Source: Squalus acanthias
Taxonomy: Eukaryota
Assembly (NCBI GenBank): GCA_030390025.1
Contig: CM059432.1
Span: forward strand, 68,512,001-68,576,000
Direction of reading: 5' to 3'
DNA length: 64,000 bases
Program-made: the position numbers and the translations under genes
Notes under the pieces: generated by a model
The model's database searches: none
What the model was told of the DNA's origin: nothing
What the model saw: the letters and a program-made list of their open reading frames with translations, nothing else
Shown here: positions 47,530-57,564 of the stretch, piece by piece
Position numbering within the stretch: position 1 is the stretch's first letter
Layout of the letters: each line of letters opens with the position of its first letter

Positions 47530-50500
47530 TCTAGTCAGGTCATTGATAAATCTGGAATAAAAAAGAAGCTAGTATCAGTAATGGTGACAATCAAAATCCA
47601 GGATTGTCGTAAAAACCCATCTGGTTCCTTTAGGGAAGGAAATCTGCCATCCTTACCTGGTCTGGTCTATATGTGACTCCAGACCCACAGCAATGTAGTT
47701 GACTCTTAACTGCCCTCTGAAATGGCCTAGCAAGCCGCTCAGTTGTACCAAACCGCTACAAACAAGTATACAAAGAATAAGACCAGACGGACCACTCGGC
47801 ATCAACCTTGACACTGGACACAACAAAGACACACCCAGCCCAGCCAACCCTGCAAAGTCCTCTTCACTAACATGTGGGGACAAGTGCCAAAATTGGGTCA
47901 GCTGTCCCACAGACTAGTCAAGCAACAGCCTGACATAGTCATACTCACAGAACCATAACTTTCAGCCAATGTCCCAAACTCCTCCATCACCATCCCTGGG
48001 TATGTCCTGTCCCACCGGCAGCACAGACCCACCAGAGGTGGAGGCACAGTGGTATACAGTCGACAGGGAGTGGCCCTGGGAGTCCTCAAGATTGATACCG
48101 GAACCCATGAAGTCTCATGGCTTCAGGTCAAGCATGGGCAAGGAAACCTGCAGCTAATTACCACCTACTGTCCTCCCTTAGCTGATGAATCAGTACTCCT
48201 CCATGTTGGACACCACTTGGAAGAAGCACTGAGGGTAGCAAGAGCACAAAATGTGCTCTGGGTGGGGGACTTCAATATCCATCACCAAGAGCGGCTCAGT
48301 AGCACCACTACTGACCAAGTTGGCCAAGACCTAAGGGACATAACTGCCAGTCTGGGCCTGCGACAGGTGGTGAGAGAACCAACACGAGTGCAAAACCTAC
48401 TAGACCGCGTTCTCACCAATCTACGTGTCGCAGATGCATCTGTCCATGACAGTATTGGTAGGAGTGACCACCGCACAGTCCTTATGCAGAAAAAGTCCCA
48501 TCTTCACACTGAGGACACTCTCCATCATGTTGTGTGGCACTAGCACCATGGTAAGTGGGATAGATTCAGAACAGATCTAGCTGCTCAAAACTGGACATCC
48601 ATGAGGCGCTGTGGACCATCAGCAGCAGCAGAATTATATTCCACCACAATCTGTAACCTCATGGCCCGGCATATCCCTCACTCTACAATTACCATCAAGC
48701 CAGGGAACCAACCCTGGTTCAATGAGGAATGCAGAAGAGCATGCCAGGAGCAGCACCAGGTGTACCTAAAAATGTGGTGCCAACCTGGTGAACCTACAAC
48801 TCGGGACTATATATATTCTAAACAACGGAAACAGCATGCTATAGACAGAGCTAAGCGATCCCACAACCAACGGATCAGATCAAAGCTCTGCAGTCCTGTC
48901 ACATCCAGTCGTGAATGGTGGTGGATAATTAAACAACTAAAGGGAGGAGGAGGCTCCATGAACATCCTCATCCTCAATGATGTGGAGTCCAGCAAGTGAA
49001 TACAAAAGACAAGGCTGAAGCATTCGCAACCTTCTTCAGCCAGAAGTGCCGAGTGGATGATCCATCTCGGCCTCCTCCTGAGGTCCCCACCATCACAGAA
49101 GCCAGTCTTCAGCCAATTCGATTCACTCCGCATGATATCAAGAAACGGCTGAGCGCACTGGATACAGCAAAGGCTATGAGCCTCGACAACATCCCGGCTG
49201 TCATGCTGAAGACTTGTGCTCCGGAACTAGCCGTGCCTCTAGCCAAGCTGTTCCAGTACAACTACAACACTGGCATCTACACGACAATATGGAAAACTGC
49301 CCAGGTATGTCCTGCCCACAAAAAGCAGGAAAAATCCAATCCAGCCAATTACCGCCCCGTCAGTCTACTCTCAATCATCAGCAAAGTGACGGAAGATGTC
49401 GTTAACAGTGCTATCAAGCAGTACTTACTCACCAATATCCTGCTCGCCAAAGCTCAGTTTGGGTTCCGCCAGGACCACTCGGCTCCAGACCTCATTACAG
49501 CCTTGATCCAAACATGGACAAAAGGGCTGAAGTCCAAAGGTGAGATTAAAGTGACTGCCCTTGACAAGAAGGCAGAATTTGGCCGAGTGTGACATCAAGA
49601 AGTTAATAGGAATCAGGGGGAAAACTCTCCAATGGCTGGAGTCATACCTAGCACGAAGGACGATAGTTGTGGTTGTTGGAGGCCAATCATCTCAGCCCCA
49701 GGACATCGCTGCAGGAGTTCCTCGGGGTAGTGTTCTAGGCTCAACCATCTTCATCTGCTTCATCAATGACCTTTCCTCCATCATAAGGTCAGAGGTGGTG
49801 ATGTTCGCTGATGATTGCACAGTATTCAGTTACATTCGCAACTCCTCAGATAGCAAAGCAGTCTGTGCCCCCATCAAACAAGACCTGGACGACATTCAGG
49901 CTTGGGCTGAGAAGTGGCAGGTAACATTCGCACCACACAAGTGCCAGGCAATGACTATCTCCAACATGCGAGAGTCTAACCACCACCCCTTGACATTCAA
50001 CGGCATTACCATCGCTGAATCCCCCACCATCAACATCCTAGGGGTCACCATTGACCAGAAACTTAACTGGTCCAGCCACATAAATACTGTGGCTACAAGA
50101 GTAGGACAGAGGCTGGGTATTCTGCACCGAGTGTCTCACCTCCTGACTCCCCAGAGCCTTTCCACCATCTACAAGGCACAAGTCAGGAGTGTGATGGAAT
50201 ACGCTCCACTTGCCTGGATGAGTGCAGCTCCAACAACATTCAAGAAGCTCAACACCATCCAGGACAAAGAAGCCCACTTGATTCGCACCCCATCCACCAC
50301 CTTAAACATTCACTCCCTCCACCACCGGCACACCATGGCTGCAGTGTGTACCATATACGAGATGCGCATCAGCAACTCGCCAAGGTTTCTTCAACAGCAC
50401 CTCCCAATCCTGCGACTTCTACCGCCTAGAAGGACAAGGGCAGCATACACATGGGAACACCACCTCCTCAAAGTTCCCCTCCAAGTCACTGGGTCAAAAT

Positions 50501-50657
50501 CCTGGAACTCCCTCCCTAACAGCACTATAGGAGTACCTTCACCACACGGACTGCAGTGGTTCAAGGCAGCTCACCACCTCCTTATCAAGGGCAATTAGGG
50601 ATGGGCAATAAATGCTTGCCTTACCAGCAACGCCCACGTCCCATGAATGAACAAAAG
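47530..50657 (+). mobile_element. CR1/L2-group LINE of a distinct family (APE endonuclease plus RT), multiply disrupted
   Basis: PDIVILTE, WVGDFN, SDH, NYRPVSLLS, QFGFR, GVPRGSVLG, FADDCT; tail CCATGAATGAACAAAA. Short tail copies at ~10845-10975, 47450-47520 and 53565-53617. Confidence 0.88.
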
Positions 50658-52249
50658 AACTAATATTGATTAATAACAGCCTCATAGCAGCAAGCGAATT
50701 TTGTTTTATTTGTGCACCAGAATACAATAAAAAGGAAAAGCTTTAATTCAGTAATATTTTCAAGTCATACATTTATAATATAGGAAACATGACATCCATC
50801 AATTTGATTCCATATTGTAAAATGTTGTTATGTTAAAAATTGAGATAGAAAAGCCTATGGTATACACAGTGTGGTAGGACACAGGTCTATGTTTGATTTG
50901 AAGGAGAGGATGAGAAATGAATTGATTTTAAGTTTCTTGCCCTCACCTTCATATGCCTCCATGGCCTTACCCCACCCCACCTCTGCTCCTTCGATACTGG
51001 TTTACTCCTTGTTCCCACTCCCTTTGCTCCATCAGCTGCCATTCTTGCAGCTTCTACACCTCCACCCTCTGGAATGCCTTCCCTTAACAACTCTGTCTTG
51101 TTCCTTCTCTGCCTGCTTTCCAAAACCTCTTAGAGTCTTCTCCTTGATCATGCTTTTGCCCTTTCTTCTTTTCTGCTTCCTATTCAGTTAATTTTTTGTT
51201 TATCAGCCCGTAAAGCACTCTGTCGTGTTTGAACGTGAGCAGCACTATGGACATGCTATATATCCCTACACAATGAATTAACTAGCTTAACTGGGTAAAC
51301 AGTGAAGCATTAAGCAAGAAGATAAAAATAGTCACAGGGTAACTCAACATGTAATCACTTGCTTATGCACCTCTTCAATCTCCAGTGACAATGGCATTGG
51401 CAAAGGGCTGAAAGCAGGTAGGCTGTACTCTTGGCATTTAGTTTGGAGGTTGGAAGCTTTAAAGAATGGAGAAAATAACAAAATAAATCATTTAACTTAG
51501 GAGCTAAAATTTTGTGGAATTTCAGAAAGTAGTCGGTTCACCGAAATTAAAGCAATCGAGCCAAAAGCTGTCCAGGAAACAAGTGTGAACTTGTTTTAAA
51601 CTGACACAAAAGTATACATGCACTATGTACGTGCATTGTGGACCTTTTGAGTGGTCCAGTTTGTTTCTATAAAATGAAGAATTGTAGTGTTGCGGAATAG
51701 AATCAGGAATTTCAATAAAGATTTTTTGAAGTTCTCAGAATGAAAAGTTCACAAAAAGTTAAAAATGAAAAAGTCAAAAAGTGAATTCTTTTCCAATATC
51801 ACATTCCCATCTAACCACATTAACTACTTTTCGTGTTATTGTTTTGCCAAAGCAAACCTTTACATGTGCATACTGGTTGAACTGGGCAATCAGCGAGGCG
51901 CGAACAAGAGTCAGGCTGCTGCCCCATGATAGTAAAAAATAATCACAGGGCAAGTCATCCAGTCACTTGCTTATGCACCTCATCAATCTCCCATGAAAAT
52001 TTGAAGGTTTATTACTTCAACATTGCCATTGCTCCATACTAAATGTGTGACTACATATTTACCACCTATACTAATCAATGGTTAGGCGATAGTTAGAATA
52101 TTATGTCCAGTTTTGGACATATTCATCCTCCTGGCTCCACAGGAACAATTCTTTTGTATTTGTTTTTAAAAATACTTACCTTTTGGTGGCAGTTGCCCAG
52201 CGACCGCTTAAGAATCCTGAGCAGAGCAGGCCCAGCTCCTGATCAGATA

Positions 52250-52560
52250 AATAAGGGATAACTATTTCCACCAGTTGGTGAGTCAGTAACTAGAGGGCAT
52301 GAATTTAAAATCATCACCAAAAGAACATAAGGGGAATTTCTATTCACAGAGGGTTGTTAGGATGTGGAATCCCCTATCAGAAACATCGGGGGAAGCAAAA
52401 TGTATCCTAGATTTTATAATGTAAGTGGAATAACAATTTGAAAAATAAAAATTTAAAAGGGTCGGGGAATGGGACTGAGTGGATAGCTCTGTCAGAGAGC
52501 AAGCACAGAAACTATGGACTGAATAGTCTAATGTGCTAACTTCTATGATTCTGTGATTTT
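52250..52560 (+). mobile_element. Old CR1 3' remnant
   Basis: LFPPVGESVTRGHEFK and FTQRVVRMWN; tail TTCTATGATTCTGTGA. Confidence 0.7.
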
Positions 52561-52859
52561 AAAGATAGAGACAGATAGCAAAAGAGAGACACACAAAGAA
52601 TGACAGGAATTCATAGAGTGGGACATATATAGAAGAGAGAGGAGAGTGAAGGGCAACTTTATACAAAGAGGGAGACAGAAAGAGGAATACAGATACAGAG
52701 ACAACAATAGAACGTGCACTGTGATTATTTCCACAGTGTTCTGGTCCCTCTGCGCATGCGCCCCCGTTTGGTATAGCGCATGCGCACTCGATCCAGTCGT
52801 ACATGCACTGTACCAACCTGCACCAGCCCGCTTTCCTCGGCTCCATGCGGGGAAGGTCA

Positions 52860-53350
52860 GGGGATTGGATGGGCTGGGGGAGGGGGATCGAAGGGGGGGA
52901 GGGAGGAGAGGAGATCGAAGGGGAGAGAGGGGATCAAAGTGGGGAAGAGGAGGGGGGATCGAAGCCAGGAGAGCGGATCGAAGGGGGGAGAGGAGAGTAG
53001 ATCGAAGAGGGGGAGCAGAGTGGATCGAAGCGGGGAGGGAGGAGAGGGGATGGAAGCTGGGGAGGGGGAAAGGGGATGGAAGCTGGGGAGGGAGGAGAGG
53101 GGATCGAAGGTGGGGGGGAGAGGATCTCGGAGAAAGAGGAGCTCGCAGGGGGAGAGAGGAGCTCGCTGGGGAAGAAATGAGTTCGCAATGGGAGAGAGGA
53201 GCTTGGAGAGCTGGGAGAAGGTCAGAAACTCGAGGATAGAAGGTCAGGAACTCGAGGCGGGTAGAAGGTGAGGAACTCGGGGTGGGGGGGTAGTAGGTCA
53301 GGAGCTCGGGGGGGGGGGTAACATCAGGAACTCGGGAAGAGAAGGTCAGG
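52860..53350 (+). repeat. G/A-rich degenerate minisatellite (GGATCGAAGGGGGAGAGGAGA units drifting to GGTCAGGAACTCG units)
   Basis: Repeated GATCGAAG cores separated by purine runs; many G-tracts. Confidence 0.8.
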
Positions 53351-53689
53351 AACTTGTTGGCGGGGGGATAGCATGGTGAGAACAGTGGGCAGGGGGGAAG
53401 AACGTGATCCAGGTCTAAAGGAGGGGGATGAGAGCTAGACGTGACCCAAATGGGAAGATGGATCACATTCTCCTGCCCTTTGTTAGGCCTGGATCACGTT
53501 CTTCCACTCCCACCCACCTTACACCTGCACCACGTTCTCCCTCTCCTACTCCCCGCCAGCAGTTTAAGAAGGCAGCTCACTACCACCCTCTCACAGGCAA
53601 CTAGGGATGGGCAATATGAGCAAAAATGGGAGGATATTCTGTGTTGGTCCTTCAACATGCATAACATTACATTTATGTGTTATTTGCTG

Positions 53690-54010
53690 GACTCGATAAC
53701 TCCAATATTTTCCTGGCCAGCCTCCCATCTTCCACCCTCAATGAACTTGAGCTCATCCAAAACTGTGCTGAACACATCCTAACATGTAGCAAGACCCATT
53801 CACCCATCACCCCTGTGCTCGTTGACCTACATTGACTCATGGTCCACCAACAACGTTCCCACTAAGCTACGCACCTGTGCAGTTGTCTGGAGGTCCCATG
53901 CAGGCCGCTTACCAGCCTCTGGATGGGAGATTTTGCACATGCAACACCTTGATTTTAAAATTCTCATCCTCATGTTAAAATCCATCCATGGCCTCACCCC
54001 TTCCTATTTG
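53690..54010 (+). mobile_element. Old L2 remnant
   Basis: Matches 15295-15520 (CACCCATCACCCCTGTGCTCGTTGACCTACATTG; GATTTTAAAATTCTCATCCT) with an internal insertion. Confidence 0.7.
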
Positions 54011-54575
54011 AACTTGGCAGTGTGAGCGCTCCTAACTCGGGAGGGTGAATCCCGTCTGTTCTCTGAAAGCAGCAGTGTTAGCACTGTGAGCTCTAGAGCA
54101 TAGCTGTCACAATGAATGGATCAAATTACACATGGCAAAGATCTTGATTACTCTCCAGCAGGCAGGATCAAATTACACATTCCAGACAAACTGTTGGGTG
54201 TGCCTTGTCCTCCAAGGGAACCAATCAGAAATCTGGTCTTGTCCTCCAAGGGGACCAATCAGAAATTTGGTGTTGCAAATAGACACAACTGATTGCCTAA
54301 CTTGCTATTATCACAACAGGTAATAAATGATTACAACTTGCAATTTAATTCTTTTTTATGCTAACATCAAGGCCAGATAATATTGCCAATGACTGTGATT
54401 GATTTTGCAAACTATTGCACTAGCCTGGAGAAAATACCTTGGAGATTCCTCCCTATCCTAATTTTTAGTAATCAAGAAGATTATTGTTGATCAGCCTGAA
54501 TTTCTTTTGTGAGTAACACACCATTGCCATCTACTCCTGTGCCTAGATAAAATGATTTTATTTACTACCTTGCAG

Positions 54576-54662
54576 TCTTACTGTTAGGAATGAAGATGAT
54601 GAACGAGCAAGAAGAATGTCTCAGGAAGCTAGAGGAGAAAGCACGCCAAACTGTGAAGAAAG
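54576..54662 (+). CDS. rgs20: RGS20 next coding exon (87 nt, phase 2 to phase 2)
   Basis: Acceptor TTTACTACCTTGCAG|T, donor AG|GTACTT. Joined to 6122 it gives CSCS-C-LTVRNEDDERARRMSQEARGESTPNCEE(S/R), matching RGS20 CSCSCLTVRNQEDQR...PTWEES. Confidence 0.92.
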
Positions 54663-54852
54663 GTACTTTATTCTTTAACCAATTTCTACTTGCACTGAAA
54701 CTATTGTCTTTGTTCTGTGCTCAGTACTATTGAAACAGTATGAAGTGAAAACAGGTGTATTTTTACACCAGACGACAAATATTTATGATTGTGACTATGT
54801 TAAAGAAAGTCTATAGTGTTTCCCTGAAGCTGTAGCTCTAACTAAACACAGT

Positions 54853-55908
54853 AGGTAGGGTTTAACTTCTGGTGCTGGCAGAAAGCAAGTGGTAGCGGAT
54901 TGTCCGGCCATTATATACTCAGCCCGATATTCCTTTCCAATGACTTCAAGAAAAGTAAAAAATCTAGCCCAGTGCTTCTGTAATGAGAATATAAAATGCT
55001 CGAACTATACAGCATCTGAAAGAGATAAATAGGTTGCTGTTTTGAGTAGGATCTTTCATCAGAACTTGATTTTCAGCCTTTGTGTTTCTTTGTATGTCTC
55101 GGGTGTTTCTCTGTTATCGGACAATCCTCCTCACTTAGCAGCACCAAAGTTGCTTGAATGCTTTACTGCCATTCCTTTGTCAAACAGGCAACAGCCCAGA
55201 GGAACAAACATGCCTTCCTCAATTTACTTTTCATTTGTTTTAATGCCAGTGGCATACTACTGACCATGCAATTTATTATTTTGTTAACTGCTCTCAACAA
55301 GCTGCAATTGGTAGCAGTCAAGTTATTGGGTTCGTCTTAAACTGGGTGATACAGAGAGTCAATCGTCAGAACAACATTATGGGTAGATTTGAACTTTCGG
55401 TGGTGGCAGAAAACGGGCTACCCCTGATACTCCCCTCCTGATTTTCCTTTACCGCCTGTTTTTTTGCCAACGCCAAAAGTGAAAATTGATCCCATTGACT
55501 TCAATGGAAAGGAAAGTGGGGGGGGGGGGTGTACTGGGCGGCCGATCCACAATCGTTCGTTTGCCATGCCCGCTGAAAGTTAAAATCTACCCCACAGCTC
55601 CCAAATGTGGCTGAAAAGTAATTGGCATAATGAGTGATCAGTTTGAAAAACCACATTAAATACTGAGCATTTTATGTTATATTTTACATGTATGTATTTC
55701 AGTAGTGGGGTAAAAATTAAAGGATTGATTTTAACTTCTGGCGGTGGTGAAAAATAGGCATTAGTGGATCACAGGGGTAGCGAAACAACCCCCATTATAT
55801 ACTTTGCCTTGTTTTCCTTTCCACTGCAGAAAATCGGCTGGGGTGCACAACGAGCAGCAGATCCACCTCCACCCATTTTCCACCACCACTGAAAGTTAAA
55901 ATCAGACT
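54853..55908. mobile_element. Cluster of three related short MITEs (~54853-54970, 55381-55592, ~55722-55908)
   Basis: The best copy has TIRs GGGTAGATTTGAACTTTC/GAAAGTTAAAATCTACCC; the other two show decayed versions. Confidence 0.65.
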
Positions 55909-57534
55909 GCAATTGTTTTAATTTGGTTTGAAAAATGGCTAATTTTAATGGGTGATATTTCCCAGTAACGCAGGATATAAAATCTTATCTTAAATTATTA
56001 GTAAAATATTACCTTGGCAAAATCTCATGTAAACATCTGTTGGTAGAAAGTTTAGCTCAGTCAAAACTACTGATTTATTTACTATGGACTAACTTATTTA
56101 CTCTGATAAAATCTATTTACTTTTTACCAACTTCCTCAATAAAACTTGTATTCAGATACACAAGTTTATTTTATTGATGTTCTGGGGAAAACTGCTGTTT
56201 CCAGGACATCACTGAACAACCAATACAAATAAGGCATTAGATAAATGGGTTACTGTATTCAGGATATTGAAATTTTGAAAAATGTTAGTGAGGTATCGTA
56301 ATCTACATTCTTTGTATGCTGTTGAAAGATCCAACAGAAATAATGAGAATGATTCAATTATCCTTTTACATTCGGTGTTGCAAGTACCTTCAAGCTACAT
56401 ACGCAACTTAACTAGGATTCCACACCTAATGGTCCAGTATCATTGGTTTTACTTTAACCCAAGTTAGTTAAATTATTCCTTAACCAAGGCTGATGAAGAG
56501 GCTTGTGGGAAAGTCAGCATAAAAGAAGGCTACAGTATAGAATGATAAATGTAGAGGTCATTTTCTTTTTCCTTCACACGCCACTCCCGAAAGTATTCTA
56601 TGGGACCAGCAAGAAATCTATATCCTGGCATGGATTGTTCCAGGCCAGGTGTCCTGAATGAGGAACATGGAACACAAGTATGCTTTGTTTGCCAATTCAT
56701 ACAATCACAGGTTGATTTTGTTTTGTTTGTATAAAATCATACAGTAGCATCTGGAAGTATGAAGAAATTGGGTATTGCTAATTACACATTAATAAATTAC
56801 AAAACAATTTTAGTGCTTTCACTGTATTCAGCATAAAACAGGCAAGTGTGTCTCTTCAATAATGTGGAATTTCAAAGTTATGCAGTGTATAATAGCAACT
56901 TTCAATAGCCCCGTTTCAAAATAGTCACTTTTCTTGTCTTCAGAAAATATTTAATTTCTGTCAGAGTGATGCATAATTGTCTTAAATTAAAGATTGTTAA
57001 TGGGGTATCATTTCAGTATCGATTTGCTAACTAGGAGTTAGAAGTATAAGATGCAAAAAAAAGAGAATATGCCACAAGTGATAAAAATTAAGTGGGATAG
57101 AAGGGTCACTTCTTTGGGTAGTTTATACTCAATACTCTATTGTTTACCACAGTGTATTAAAAAATATATAATTTTTATTCAATTTCAATTAGCCTATATT
57201 ATGCACAGAGTTCCATTTCATATTATGCAAGCCAGTTGTCACTTTATTCAGAATGTTTAGTTATCCTAAGGAAGGATTTAAGGAAAAGAGAAAAGTTGGG
57301 ACTATTGCAACTGAAAAAGCAATTAACTATTACACCTAAAAATGAATAATTGTGTTTTTTGGAAATAAAATTGTCCTGGACATACCAAAGCAGTTAATCA
57401 TCTGGGTAAGTCCTCTTTCTTTAGGATATTTTTCATCTGCACTACCTGTCTTAGGCAAAGGAGGCACATCAGTGATGAGACCATCCAGGTCCAATTTTAA
57501 CTATGACAGTAACAGAACATCTCACCAGCTAATC

Positions 57535-57564
57535 GTCAGCTGTGGCTCAGTTGGTAGCACTCTC
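57535..57564 (+). mobile_element. 5' tRNA-like head (A-box) of the Deu-domain SINE, cut by the Tx1-like element
   Basis: GTCAGCTGTGGCTCAGTTGGTAGCACTCTC matches the reverse complement of the SINE head at ~46603-46632. Confidence 0.75.

Noticed and set aside
52543..53466. 307-aa Pro/Ser/Leu-rich and 197-aa Gly/Arg-rich ORFs
   Set aside because: Open only because the purine-rich minisatellite lacks stop codons.
54576..54662. Alternative frame GMKMMNEQEECLRKLEEK resembling a class B GPCR ectodomain helix
   Set aside because: The other frame matches RGS20 and the phase-2 junction with exon 5974-6122 exactly.
55040..55070. Additional hammerhead motifs here (minus strand) and at 36450-36485
   Set aside because: They are Penelope tail remnants whose CUGANGA or GAAA core is mutated; unlikely to fold or cleave.
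57535..57564. tRNA gene
   Set aside because: Only 30 nt with an A-box; it matches the SINE head and has no anticodon or T arm.
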